64,000 nt of DNA from Pristiophorus japonicus (Eukaryota): NCBI RefSeq assembly GCF_044704955.1, contig NC_091977.1, positions 11,284,001-11,348,000 on the forward strand, written 5' to 3'. The position numbers and the translations under genes are program-made. Shown here piece by piece: positions 34,392 through 48,030 of the stretch; position 1 is the first letter of the stretch; every line of letters begins with the position of its first letter. The notes under the pieces were generated by a model. The model was not told where the DNA came from, did no database searches, and worked only from the letters and a program-made list of their open reading frames with translations.

Positions 34392-37157
34392 TCAGTACCC
34401 CATTCCTGCTTTCTCACCATACCCCTTGATTCCCCTAGTAGTAAGGACTTCATATAACTCATTTTTGAATATATTTAGTGAACTGGCCTCAACAACTTTC
34501 TGTGGTAGAGAATTCCACAGGTTCACCACTCTCTGGGTGAAGAAATTCCTCCTCATTTCGGTCCTAAATGGCTTACCCCTTATCCTTAGACTGTGTCCCC
34601 TGGTTCTGGACTTTCCCAACATTGAGAACATTCTTCCTGCATCTAACCTGTCTAACCCCATCAGAATTTTAAACGTTTCTATGAGGTCCCCTCTCATTCT
34701 TCTGAACTCCAATGAATACAAGCCCAGTTGATCCAGTCTTTCTTGATAGGTGAGTCCCGCCATCCCGGGAATCAGTCTGGTGAACCTTCGCTGCACTCCC
34801 TCAATAGCAAGAATGTCCTTCCTCAGGTTCGGAGACCAAAACTGTACACAATATTCCAGGTGTGGCCTCACCAAGGCCCTGTACAACTGGAGCAACAGCT
34901 CCCTGCCCCTGTACTCAAATCCCCTCGCTATGAAGGCCAACATGCCATTTGCTTTCTTAACCGCCTGCTGTACCTGCATGCCAACCTTCAATGACTGATG
35001 TACCATGACACCCAGGTCTCTTTGCACCTCCCCTTTTCCTAATCTGTCACCATTCAGATAATAGTCTGTTTCTCTGTTTTTACCACCAAAGTGGATAACC
35101 TCACAGTTATCCACATTATACTTCATCTGCCATGCATTTGCCCACTCACCTAACCTATCCAAGTTGCTCTGCAGCCTTATAGCATCCTCCTCGCAGCTCA
35201 CACTGCCACCCAACTTAGTGTCATCCGCAAATTTGGAGATACTACATTTAATCCCCTCGTCTAAATCATTAACGTACAGTGTAAACAGCTGGGGCCCCAG
35301 CACAGAACTTTCCGGTACCCCACTAGTCACTGCCTGCCATTCTGAAAAGTACCCATTTACTCCTACTCTTTGCTTCCTGTCTGACAACCAGTTCTCAATC
35401 CATGTCAGCACACTACCCCCAATCCCATGTGCTTTAACTTTGCACATTAATCTCTTGTGTGGGACCTTGTCGAAAGCCTTCTGAAAGTCCAAATATACCA
35501 CATCAACTGGTTCTCCCTTGTCCACTCTACTGGAAACATCCTCAAAAAATTCCAGAAGATTTGTCAAGCATGATTTCCCTTTCACAAATCCATGCTGACT
35601 TGGACCTATCATGTCACCTCTTTCCAAATGCACTGCTATGACATCCTTAATAATTGATTCCATCATTTTACCCACTACCGATGTCAGGCTGACCGGTCTA
35701 TAATTCCCTGTTTTCTCTCTCCCTTCTTTTTTAAAAAGTGGGGTTACATTGGCTACCCACCACTCCATAGGAACTGATCCAGAGTCAATGGAATGTTGGA
35801 AAATGACTGTCAATGCATCCACTATTTCCAAGGCCACTTCCTTAAGTACTCTGGGGTGCAGTCCATCAGGCCCTGGGGATTTATCGGCCTTCAATCCCAT
35901 CAGTTTCCCCAACACAATTTCCCGACTAATAAGGATTTCCCTCAGTTCCTCCTCCTTACTAGACCCTCCGACCCCTTTTATATCCGGAAGGTTGTTTGTG
36001 TCCTCCTCAGTGAATACCGAACCAAAGTACTTGTTCAATTGGTCCGCCATTTCTTTGTTCCCCATTATGACTTCCCCTGATTCTGACTGCAGGGGACCTA
36101 CGTTTGTCTTTACTAACCTTTTTCTCTTTACATATCTATAGAAACGTTTGCAATCCGTCTTAATGTTCCCTGCAAGCTTCTTCTCGTACTCCATTTTCCC
36201 TGCCCTAATCAAACCCTTTGTCCTCCTCTGCTGAGTTCTAAATTTCTCCCAATCCCCGGGTTCGCTGCTATTTCTGGCCAATTTGTATGCCACTTCCTTG
36301 GCTTTAATACTATCCCTGATTTCCCTTGATAACCACGGTTGAGCCACCTTCCCTTTTTTATTTTTACGCCAGACAGGAATGTACAATTGTTGCAGTTCAT
36401 CCATGCGGTCTCTAAATGTCTGCCATTGCCCATCCACAGTCAACGCCTTCAGTATCATTCGCCAATCTATCCTAGCCAATTCATGCCTCATACCTTCAAA
36501 GTTACCCTTCTTTAAGTTCTGGACCATGGTCTCTGAATTAACTGTTTCATTCTCCATCCTAATGCAGAATTCCACCATATTATGGTCACTCTTCCCCAAG
36601 GGGCCTCGCACAACGAGATTGCTAATTAATCCTCTCTCATTACACAACACCCAGTCTAAGATGGCCTCCCCCCTAGTTGGTTCCTCGACATATTGGTCTA
36701 AAAAACCATCCCTTATGCACTCCAGGAAATCCTCCTCCACCGTATTGCTTCCAGTTTGGTTTACCCAATCTATGTGCATATTAAAGTCACCCATTGTAAC
36801 TGCTGCACCTTTATTGCACGCATCCCTAATTTCATGTTTGATGCCCTCCCCAACATCACTACTACTGTTTGGAGGTCTGTACACAACTCCCACTAACGTT
36901 TTTTGCCCTTTGGTATTCTGCAGCTCTACCCATATAGATTCCACATCGTCCAAGCTAATGTCCTTCCGAACTATTGCCTTAATTTCCTCCTTAACCAGCA
37001 ATGCTACCCCACCTCCTTTTCCTTTTATTCTATCTTTCCTGAATGTTGAATACCCCTGGATGTTGAGTTCCCAGCCCTGATCATCCTGGAGCCACGTCTC
37101 CGTAATCCCAATCACATCATATTTGTTAACATCTATTTGCACAGTTAATTCATCCAC
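34392..37157 (-). CDS. CR1 ORF2 (APE endonuclease plus reverse transcriptase), uninterrupted 921 codons, missing only the N-terminus
   Basis: [32 protein letters not shown]; element spans 34299-37157 with tail. Confidence 0.95.
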   Translation of the reverse strand: MDELTVQIDVNKYDVIGITETWLQDDQGWELNIQGYSTFRKDRIKGKGGGVALLVKEEIKAIVRKDISLDDVESIWVELQNTKGQKTLVGVVYRPPNSSSDVGEGIKHEIRDACNKGAAVTMGDFNMHIDWVNQTGSNTVEEDFLECIRDGFLDQYVEEPTRGEAILDWVLCNERGLISNLVVRGPLGKSDHNMVEFCIRMENETVNSETMVQNLKKGNFEGMRHELARIDWRMILKALTVDGQWQTFRDRMDELQQLYIPVWRKNKKGKVAQPWLSREIRDSIKAKEVAYKLARNSSEPGDWEKFRTQQRRTKGLIRAGKMEYEKKLAGNIKTDCKRFYRYVKRKRLVKTNVGPLQSESGEVIMGNKEMADQLNKYFGSVFTEEDTNNLPDIKGVGGSSKEEELREILISREIVLGKLMGLKADKSPGPDGLHPRVLKEVALEIVDALTVIFQHSIDSGSVPMEWWVANVTPLFKKEGREKTGNYRPVSLTSVVGKMMESIIKDVIAVHLERGDMIGPSQHGFVKGKSCLTNLLEFFEDVSSRVDKGEPVDVVYLDFQKAFDKVPHKRLMCKVKAHGIGGSVLTWIENWLSDRKQRVGVNGYFSEWQAVTSGVPESSVLGPQLFTLYVNDLDEGIKCSISKFADDTKLGGSVSCEEDAIRLQSNLDRLGEWANAWQMKYNVDNCEVIHFGGKNRETDYYLNGDRLGKGEVQRDLGVMVHQSLKVGMQVQQAVKKANGMLAFIARGFEYRGRELLLQLYRALVRPHLEYCVQFWSPNLRKDILAIEGVQRRFTRLIPGMAGLTYQERLDQLGLYSLEFRRMRGDLIETFKILMGLDRLDAGRMFSMLGKSRTRGHSLRIRGKPFRTEMRRNFFTQRVVNLWNSLPQKVVEASSLNIFKNELYEVLTTRGIKGYGEKAGMGY

Positions 37158-37980
37158 TCTGCTAGTTACTCCTCAAAAAATTCCAGAAGATTCGTCAAGT
37201 ATGATTTCCCTTTCATAAATCCATGCTGACTTGGACCGATCCTGTCACTGTTTTCCAAATGTGCTGCTATTTCATCTTTAATAATTGATTCCAACATTTT
37301 CCCCACTACTGATGTCAGGCTAACCGGTCTATAATTACCCGTTTTTTCTCTCCCTCCTTTTTTTAACAGTGGTGTTATATTAGCTACCCTCCAGTCCACA
37401 GGAACTGATTCAGAGTCGATAGACTGTTGGAAAATGATCACCAATGCATCCACTATTTCTAGGGTCACTTCCTTAAGTACTCTGGGATGCAGACTATCAG
37501 GCCCCAGGAATTTATCGACCTTCAATCCCATCATTTTCCCCAACACAATTTCCCGCCTAATAAGGATTTCCTTCAGTTCCTCCTTCTCACTCGACCCTCA
37601 GTCCCCGAGTATTTCCGGAAGGTTATCTGTGCCTTCCTTCATGAAGACTGAACCAAAGTATTTGTTCAACTGGTCTGCCATTTCTTTGTCCCCCCATTAT
37701 AAATTCACCTGAATTTGACTGCAAAGGACCTACGTTTGTCTTCACTAATCTTTTTCTCTTCACATATCATAGAAGCTTTTGCAGTCAGTTTTTATGTACC
37801 CAAGAAGCTTCCTCTACACTCTATTTTCCCCCTCCTAATTAAACCCTTTGTCCTCCTCTGCTGAATTCTAAATTTCTCCCAGTCCTCAGGTATGCTGCTT
37901 TTTCTGGCCAATTTATATGCTCCTTCCTTGGATTTAACACTATCCTTAATTTCCCTTGTAAGTCACAGTTGAGCCACCTT

Positions 37981-40900
37981 CACTCTGGAGCATCCACGAT
38001 GCTGAGAATGATGTGAATAGCACGTTTAGCAAGTTGGTCTTACCGCAGGTAAAGGGTACGCAGCCAGATAGTGAATGGAAGACCAGCAGGAAGAACAGTG
38101 CAAGGAAGGTAGGGCAGGGGTCCCCTGCGGTCATCCCCCTGCAAAACAGATACACCACTTTGGGTACTGTTGAGGGGGATGACTCATCAGGGGAGAGCAG
38201 CAGCAGCCAGGTTCATGGCACCGTGGGTGGCTCTGCTGCACAGGAGGGCAGGAAAAAGAGTGGGAGAGCGATAGTGATAAGGGATTCAAATGTAAGGGGA
38301 ATAGGTCGACGTTTCTGCGGCCACAACCGAGACACCACGATGGTATGTTGCCTCCCTGGTGCAAGGGTCAAGGATGTCTCGGAGCGGGTGCAGGACATTC
38401 TGAAAAGGGAGGGTGAGCAGCCAGTTGTCGTGGTGCATATAGGTACCAACGATATCGGTAAAAAATGGGATGAGGTCCTACGAGACGAATTTAGTGAGCT
38501 AGGAGTTAAATTAAAAAGTAGGACCTTAGAAGTAGTAATCTCAGGATTGCTACCAGTGCCACGTGCTAGTCAGAGTCGGAATCGCAGGATAGCTCAGATG
38601 AATATGTAGCTTGAGCAGCAGTGCAGAAGGGAGGGATTCAAATTCCTGGGACATTAGAAACGGTTCTGGGGGAGGTGGGACCAGTACAAACCGGACAGTC
38701 TGCACCTGGGCAGGACCGGAACCAATGTCCTAGGGGGAGTGTTTGCTAGTGCTGTTGGGCAAGGGGATGGGAACCTATGCAGGGAGACAGAGGGAAATAA
38801 AATGGAGTCAGAAGCAAAAGATAGAAAGGAGAATAGTAAAAGTGGAGGGCAGAGAAATCCAAGGCAAAAAACAAAAAGGGCTACATTACAGCAAAATTCT
38901 AAAGGGGCAAAGTGTGTTAAAAAGACAAGCCTGAAGGCTCTGTGCCTCAATGCGAGGAGTATTCGGAATAAGGTGGATGAATTAACTGCGCAGATAGCAG
39001 TTAACGGATACGATGTGATTGGCATCACGGAGACATGGCTCCAGGGGGACCAAGGCTGGGAACTCAACATCCAGGGGTATTCAGCATTTAGGAAGGATAG
39101 ACAGAAAGGAAAAGGAGGCGGGGTGGCGTTGCTGGTTAAAGAGGAAATCAATGCAATTGTAAGGAAGGACATTAGCTTGGATGATGTGGAATTGGTATGG
39201 GTGGAGGTACGGAATACCAAAGGGCAGAAAACGCTGGTGGGAGTTGTGTACAGACCACCAAACAGTAGTAGTGAGGTTGGGGACCGCATCAAACAAGAAA
39301 TAAGGGAGGTGTACAATAAAGGTACAGCAGTAATCATGGGCGACTTTAATCTATATATTAATTGAACTAACCTAACTGGTAGGAATGCGATGGAGGAGGA
39401 TTTCCTGGAGTGTATTTGGGATGATTTTCGAGACTAATATGTTGAGGAACCAACCAGGGAGCTGGCCATCCTAGACTGGGTGATGTGTAATGAGAAGGGA
39501 CTAATTAGCAATCTTGTTGTGCGAGGCCCCTTGGGGAAGAGTGACCATAATATGGTAGAATTCTTCATTAAGGTGGAGAGTGACAAAGTTAATTCGGAAA
39601 CTAGGGTCCTGAAATTAAGGAAAGGTAACTTCGACAGTATGAGGTGTGAATTGGCTTGAATAGACTGGCAAAGGATATTTAAAGGGTTGACGGTGGATAA
39701 GCAATGGCAAACATTTAAAGATCACATGGATGAAATTCAGCAATTGTACTTCCCTGTCTGGAGTAAATATAAAACAGGCAAGGTGGCTCAACCATGTCTA
39801 ACAAGGGAAATTAAGGATAGTGTTAAAGCCAAGGAAGAGGCATATAAATTGGATTAAAAAAAGCAACAAACCTGAGGATTGGGAGAAATTTAGAATTCAG
39901 CAGAGCAGGACAAAGGGTCTATTTAGGAGGGGGAAAATACAGTTTGAGAGGAAGCTAGCAGGGAACATAAAAACTGACTGCATAAGCTTCTATAAATATG
40001 TGAAGAGAAAAAGATTCGTGAAGACAAACGTAGGTCCCTTGCAGTTGGATTCAGGTGAATTTATAATGGGGGACAAAGAAATGGCAAACCAATTGAAACA
40101 ATACTTCGGTTCTGTCTTCACGAAGGTAGACACAAATAACCTTCCGAATGTACTAGGGGATAGTGGGTCTCGTGAGAAGGAGGAACTGAAGAATATCCTT
40201 ATTAGGCGGGAGAGTGTGTTAGGGAAATTGATGGGATTGAAGGCCGATAAATCCCCGGGGCCTGATAAGTCTGCATCCAAGAGTACTTAAGGAAGTGGCC
40301 CTAGAAATAGTGGATGCATTGGTGATCATTTTCCAACAGTCTATCGACTCTGGATCAGTTCCCATGGACTGGAGGGTAGCTAATGTAACACCACTTTTTA
40401 AAAAAGAAGAGAGAGAAAAAACGGGTAATTATAGACCGGTTAGCCTGATATCAGTAGTGGGGAAAATGTTGGAATCAATTATTAAGAATGAAATAGCAGC
40501 GCATTTGGAAAGCAGTGACAGGATCGGTCCAAGTCAGCATGGATTTATGAAAGGGAAATCATGCTTGACGAATCTTCTGGAATTTTTTGAGAATGTAACT
40601 AGCAGAGTGGACATGGAGAACCAGTGGATGTGGTGTAGTTGGACTTTCAAAAGGCTTTTGACAGGGTCCCGCACAAGAGATTGGTGTGCAAAATCAAAGC
40701 GCATGGTATTAGGGGTAATGTACTGACGTGGATAGAGAACTGGTTGGCAGACAGGAAGCAGAGAGTCGGGACAAACGGGTTCTTTTCAGAATGGCAGACA
40801 GTGACTAGTAGAGTGCCGCAGGGCTCAGTGCCCAACCCCAGCTCTTTACAATATACATCAATGATTTGGATGAAGGAATTGAGTGTAATATCTCCAAGTT

Positions 40901-41820
40901 TGCGGATGACACTAAACTGGGTGGCGGTGTGAGCTGTTTGGAGGACGCTAAGAGGCTGCAGGGTGACTTGGACAGGTTAGGTGAGTGGGGAAATGCATGG
41001 CAGATGCAGTATAATGTGGATAAATATGAGGTTATCCATTTTGGGGGCAAAAACACGAAGGCAGAATATTATCTGAATGGCGGCAGATTAGGAAAAGGGG
41101 AGGTGCAACAAGACCTGTGTGTCATGGTTCATCAGTCATTGAAAGTTGGCATGCAGGTACAGCAGGCGGTGAAGAAGGCAAATGGTATGTTGTCCTTGAT
41201 AGCTAGGGGATTTGAGTACAGGAGCAGGGAGGTCTTACTGCAGTTGTACAGGGCCTTGGTGAGGCTTCACCTGGAAAATTGTGTTCAGTTTTGGTCTCCT
41301 AATCTGAGGAAGGACGTTCTTGCTATTGAGGGGGTGCAGCGAAGGTTCACCAGACTGATTCCAGGGATGGCTGGACTGTCATATGAGGAGAGACTGGATC
41401 AACTGGGCCTTTATTCACTGGAGTTTAGAAGGATGAGAGGGGATCTCATAGAAACGTATAAGATTCTGACGGGACTGGACAGGTTAGATGCGGGAAGAAT
41501 GTTCCCGATGTTGGAGAAGTCCAGAACCAGGGGACATAGTCTTAGGATAAGGGGTAGGCCATTTAGGACTGAGATGAGGAGAAACTTCTTCACTCAGAGA
41601 GTTGTTCCCCTGCCGCAGAGAGTTGTTGATGCCAGTTCATTGGATATATTCAAGAGGGAGTTAGATATGGCCCTTACGGCTACAGGGATCAAGGGGTATG
41701 GAGAGAAAGCAGGAAAGGGGTACTGAAGGAATGATCAGCCATGATCTTATTGAATGGCGGTGCAGGCTCGAAGGGCCGAATGGCCTGCTCATGCACCTAT
41801 TTTCTATGTTTCTATGTTTC
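37981..41820 (+). mobile_element. CR1 family A element from mid-ORF1 to tail
   Basis: Esterase 38013-38609, EN 38739-39365, RT 40295-41726. Confidence 0.95.
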
Positions 41821-44800
41821 CCCGTTTTATTTTTACTCCAGACAGGGTTGTACAATTGTTGAAGTTTATCCATGTGATCTTTAATAGTTTGCCATTGTCT
41901 ATTCACCGTTTATGTATCATACGCCAATCTATTCTCGCCAATTCACCTCTCATACCATTGAAGTTACCTTTCCTCAAGTTCAGGACCCTAGTCTCTGAAT
42001 TAACTGTGTCACTCTCCAGCTTAATGAAGAATTCTACCATATTATGGTCACTCTTCCCCAAGTGGCCTCGCACAACAAGACTGCTAATTAGTCCTTTCTC
42101 ATTTTTTACACATCACCCAGTCTAGGATGGCCAGCCCTCTAGTTGACTCTTCAACATATTGGTCTAGAAAACCATCCCTAATACACACCAGGAAATCCTC
42201 CTCTACAGTATTGCTACCAGTTTGGTTAGCCCAATCTATATGTAAATTAAAGTCACCCATGATAACTGTTGTACCTTTATTGAACGCATCCATAATTTCT
42301 TGCTTGATGCTGTCCCCAACCTCACTACGACTGTTTGGTGGTCTGTACACAATTCCCACTCGCATTTTCTGCCCATTGGTATTCCGCAGCTCCACCCATA
42401 CCAATTCTACATCATCCAGGGGCTAATGTCCTTCCTTACTATTGCGTTAATTTCCTCTTTAACCAGCAATGCTACACCACCTCCTTTTACTTTGTGTCGG
42501 GTGTTATCTTTGCATTCTACAATGATCCTGGAATAGCGAGCAGACAACAGATAATAAGGGATGAGATAAAGGCAGTCGTGAGAAAGGATCTTAGCACCAC
42601 CTAATGATTCTACATCCCAATTTCTGGGCTAAGAAATGACACAAACACGATGGGCCAAATGGCTTCCTTCTGTGCCATTAATTTCCATGATTTTATGAAC
42701 AACGGGCAGTAAACATTGGTGGGAGTAGTTTATAACAGTAGTTATACAATTGGACAGAGTATAAATCTGGAAATCAGAGGAGATGTAATAACGATAATGC
42801 AATAAGGAAATAAGGGATGGTATCAAATTAAAAACAAGGGCATACAATGTGGCCAAGACTAGTGGGAGGCCAGAGGATTGGGAAAATTTTAAAAGCAAGG
42901 AACGACTAAAAAAATGATTGAGAGGGAAGATAGCTTATGAAAGTAAACTCGCATGAAATATAAAAACAGATAGTAAGAGCTTCTACAGGTAGGGTGCCGC
43001 AGGGATCTGTGCTGGGGCCTCAACTATTTACAATCTACATTAATGACTTGGATGAAGGGACCGAATGCAATGTAGCCAAGTTTGCTGATGATACAAAGAT
43101 GGGTGGGAAAGCAAATTGTGAGGAGGACACAGAAAATCTGAAAAGGAATTTAGACAGGCTAAGTGAGTGGGCAGAAATTTGGCAGATGGAGTATAATGTG
43201 TGAAAATGTGAGGTCATCCACTTTGCCAGAAAAAATAGAAAAGCAAATTATAATTTAAATGGAGAAAAATTGCAAAGTGCAGCAGTACAGAGGGACCTAG
43301 GGGTCCTTGTGCATGAAACACAAAAAGTTAGTATGCAGGTACAGCAAGCAATTAGGAAGACAAATGGAATGTTGGCCTTTATTGCAAGGGGGATAGAGTA
43401 TAAAAGCAGAGAAGTCCTGCTGCAACTGTACAGGGTATTGGTGAGACCACACCTAGAGTACTACATACAGTTTTGGACTTCGTATTTAAAGAAGGATATA
43501 CTTACATTGGAGGCCATTCAGAGAAAGTTCTCTAGGTTGATTCCGGAGATGAGGGGGTTGACTTATGAAGATAGGTCGAGTAGGTTGGGCCTATACTCAT
43601 TGGAGTTCAGAAGAATGAGAGGTGATCTTATCGAAACATATAAGATAATGAGGGGGCTCGACAAGGTGGATGTAGAGAGGATATTTCCACTCATAGGGGA
43701 AACTAAAACTAGAGGGCATAGTCTACGAATAAGGGGCCGCCCATTTAAAACTGAGATGAGGAGGAATTTCTTCTCTCAGAGGGTTGTAAATCTATGGAAT
43801 TCTCTGCCTAGAGTGCTGTGGAGGCTGGGTCATTGAAATATAGAAACATAGAAAATAGGAGCAGTAGTAGGCCATTCGGCCCTTCGAGTCTGCTTCGCCA
43901 TTCAATATGATAATGGCTGATCTTCTATCGCAACACCATATTCCCGTTTTTTCCCCCATACCCCTTGATGCCTTTGGTTTCTAGAAATCTATCTATCGCC
44001 CTCTTAAATATATTCAGTGACTTGGCCTCCACAGCCTTCTGTGGTAGAGAATTCCACAGGTTCACCACCCTCTGAGTGAAAACATTTCTCTTCATCTCGG
44101 TCCTAAATTCCCTACCCCGTATCCTGAGACTGTGACCCCTTGTTCTAGACTTCCCGGCCAGGGGAAACATCCTCCCCACATCCAGTCTATCCAACCCAGT
44201 AAGAATTTTATACGTTTCAATGAGATCCCCTCTCATTCTTCTAAACTCTAGTGAATACAGGCCCAGTCGACCCAATCTCTCCTCACACGACAATCCCCCC
44301 ATCCCAGGAATCAGTCTGGTGAACCTTCGCTGCACTCCCTCTATGGCAAGTATATCCTTTCTTAGGTAAGGAGACCAAAACTGCACACAATACTCCAGGT
44401 GCGGTCTCACTAAGACCCTGTATAACTGTAGTAAGACATCCTTGCTCCTGTACTCAAATCTTCATGCAATGAAGGCCATTTGTCTTCCTAACTGCTTGCT
44501 GCACCTACATGTTTGCTTTCAATGACTAATGTAGAAGGACACTCAGGTCCCTCTGTACATCGACACTTACCAAGCCATCACCATTTAAATAATACTTTGT
44601 CCTTATGTTTTTCCTACTAAAGTGGATAACTTCACAGTTATCCACGTTATACTGCATTTGCCATGTGTTTGCCCATTCACTCAACCGATCTAAATAGCCG
44701 TGCAGCATCTTTTCATCCTCCTTACAACTCATAATCCCACCTAGTTTTGTGTCGTCAACAAACTTGGAAATATTACATTTGGTTCCCTCATCCAAATCAT

Positions 44801-46283
44801 TTATATATATTGTGAATAGCTGGGGCCCAAGCACTGATCCCTGTGGGACCCCACTAGTCACTGCCCGAAAAAGACCCGTTTATTCCTACTCTCTGTTTCC
44901 TGCCAGTTAATCAATTTTCAATCTATGCCAATAAATTACCCCCAATCCTATGTGCTTTAATTTTGCACACTAACCTCTTGTGTGGGACTTTATCAAAGGC
45001 CTTCTGAAAATCCAAATACACTACATCCACTGGTTCTCCCTTATCTATTCTATCAGTTACAGTCTCAAAAAACAGCAATAGGTTTGTCAAACATGATTTT
45101 CCTTTCATAAATCTTTTGACTTTGTTTAATCCCATTGATACTATCTAAGTGTGCCGTTATAACATCCTTTATAATAGACTCTAGCATTTGCCCTACTACT
45201 GATGTTAGGCTAACCGGTCTGTAGTTCCCTGTTTTCTCTCTCCCTCTTTTTTTAAATAGTGGGGTTACATTTGCCGCCCTCCAATCTGCAGGAACTGTTC
45301 CATAATCTATAGAATTTGGAAGATGACAACCAATCTACTATTTCCATGGCTATCTCTTTTAGTACTCTGGATGCAGATCATCAGGCCTTGGGGATTTATC
45401 AGCCTTCAGTCCCATTAGTTTCTCCAGCACTATTTTCTTACTAATAATCATTTCCTTTAATTCCTCTTGCTCACTAGACCTTTGGTTCCCTAGCATTTCT
45501 GGGACGTTATTTGTGTCCTCTTCCGTGAAGATAGAACCGAAGTATTTATTTAATTGTTCTGCTATTTCCTTGTTCCCCATTACAACTTCTCCCATTTTTG
45601 TCTGTAAAGGACCTGCATTTGTCTTCACTAATCTCTTTCTTTTTACGTACTTGTAGAAACTTTTGCAGTCGGTTTTTATGTTCCTTGCAAGTTTACTCTC
45701 ATACTCTATTTTTTCCCCTCTTAATCAATCTCTGTCCTTTTTTGCTGAATTCTAAACTGCTCCCAATCCTCAGGCTTGGTACTTTTTCTGGCAACTTTGT
45801 ATAACTCCTCTTTGGATCTAATACTTTCCTTAATTTCTTTTGTTGGCCATGGTTGGGCCACTTTTTCTTTTGTGTTTTTGCACCAGAAAGGAATGTATAA
45901 CTGTTGCAATTCATGCATTCGTTCCTTAAATGTTAGCCATTGCCTATCCACCGTCATGCCTTTTAATGAATCTTCCCAATCTATTATAGCCAATTCATTC
46001 CTCATACCTTCGTAGTTTCCTTTGTTTAGATTTAGGACCCTAGTTTCGGATTGGACTACTTCACGTTCTATCTTAATAAAGAATTCAATCATGTTATGGT
46101 CACTCTTCCTTAAAGGACCCCGCATAACAAGACTGTAAATTAACCCCTTCTCATTATACAATACCCAATCTAGGATAGCCTGTTCCCTGGTAGGCTCCTC
46201 AGTATACTGGTCTAAAAAACCATCTCGTACACACTCCAGGAATTCACCTGCCAAACTATTACTACAAATTTGGTTTGGCCAGT

Positions 46284-48030
46284 CATAGAAACATAGAAAA
46301 TAGGTGCAGGAGCAGGCTATTCGGCCCTTCGAGCCTGCACCGCCATTCAATAAGATCATGGCTGATCATTCCTTCAGTACCCCTTTCCTGCTTTCTCTCC
46401 ATACCCCTTGATCCCTTTAGCCATAAGGGCCATATATAACTCCCTCTTGAATATATCCAATGAACTGGCATCAACAACTCTCTGCGGCAGGGAATTCCAC
46501 AGGGGAACAACTCTCTGACTGAAGAAGTTTCTCCTCATCTCAGTCCTAAATGGCCTACCCTTATCCTAAGACTTCTCCAACATCGGGAACATTCTTCCCG
46601 CATCTAACCTGTCCAGTCCCGTCAGAATCTTATACGTTTCTATGCGATCCCCTCTCATTCTTCGAAACTCCAGTGAATAAAGTTGATCCAGTCTCTCCTC
46701 ACATGACAGTCCAGCCATCCCTGGAATCAGTCTGGTGAACCTTCGCTGCACCCCCTCAATAGCAAGAACGTCCTTCCTCAGATTAGGAGACCAAAACTGA
46801 ACACAATATTCCAGGTGAAGCCTCACCAAGGCCCTGTACAACTGCAGTAAGACCTCCCTGCTCCTGTACTCAAATCCCCTAGCTATCAAGGACAATATAC
46901 CATTTGCCTTCTTCACCGCCTGCTGTACCTGCATGCCAACTTTCAATGACTGATGAACCATGACACACAGGTCTTGTTGCACCTCCCCTTTTCCGAATCT
47001 GCCGCCATTCAGATAATATTCTGCCTTCGTGTTTTTGCCCCCAAAATGGATAACCTCATATTTATCCACATTATACTGCATCTGCCATGCATTTCCCCAC
47101 TCACCTAACCTGTCCAAGTCACCCTGCAGCCTCTTAGCGTCCTCCTCACAGCTCACACCGCCACCCAGTTTAGTGTCATCTGCAAACTTGGAGATATTAC
47201 ACTCAATTCCTTCACCTAAATCGTTGTAAAGAGCTGGGGTCCCAGCACTGAGCCCTGCGGCACTCCACTAGTCACTGCCTGCCATTCTGAAAAGGACCCG
47301 TTTATCCCGACTCTCTGCTTCCTGTCTGCCAACCAGTTCCCTATCCACGTCAGTACATTACCCCCAATACCATGCCCTTTGATTTTGCACACCAATCTCT
47401 TGTGCGGGACCATGTCAAAAGCCTTTTGAAAGTCCAAATGCAACACATCCATGGGTTCTCCCTTGTCCACTCTGCTAGCTACCTCCTCAAAAAATTCCAG
47501 AAGATTCGTCAAGCATAATTTCCCTTTCATAAATCCATGCTGACTTGGACCGATCCTGTCACTGCTTTCCAAATGCGCTGCTATTTCATCCTTAATGATT
47601 GATTCCAACATTTTCCCCACTACTGATGTCAGGCTAACCGGTCTATAATTACCCGTTTTCTCTCTCCCTCTCTTTTTAAAAAGTGGTGTTACATTAGCTA
47701 CCCTCCAGTCCATAGGAACTGATCCCGAGTCGATAGACTGTTGGAAAATGATCACCAATGCATCCACTATTTCTAGGGCCACTTCCTTAAGTACTCTGGG
47801 ATGCAGACTATCAGGCCTCGGGGATTTATCGGCTTTCAATCCCATCAATTTCCCTATCACAATTGCCCGCCTAATAAGGATATCCTTCAGTTCCTCCTTC
47901 TCACTAGACCCACTGTCTCCTAGTACATTCGGAAGGTTATTTGTGTCTTCCTTCGTGAAGACAGAACCGAAGTATTTGTTCAATTGGTCTGCCATTTCTT
48001 TGTTCCCCACTATAAATTCCCCATTATAAA
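46284..48030 (-). mobile_element. CR1 family A 5'-truncated copy, 4-bp TSD AGTC
   Basis: ORFs 46566-47156 and 47216-48010; agtc at 46281 and 48030. Confidence 0.9.

Larger units (their letters stand above)
33090..42490 (-). mobile_element. CR1 family A host (33090-34298, 37158-37980, 41821-42490) inserted in an L2 fragment (32930-33090, 42495-42545)
   Basis: Colinear pieces; L2 flanks ...ttgcagtagagaa / gtcgggtgttatctttgcattc... rejoin. Confidence 0.85.

Noticed and set aside
36379-37080. Long ORFs antisense to CR1 ORF2 (also 38654-39337, 21772-22164 and others)
   Set aside because: Shadow frames of LINE coding sequence, repeated with each copy; no independent evidence
42985-43000. Two CR1 copies whose internal deletions both resume at gggtgccgcag (also about 20117), suggesting splicing
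   Set aside because: Junctions do not match exact GT-AG removal and the upstream breakpoints differ
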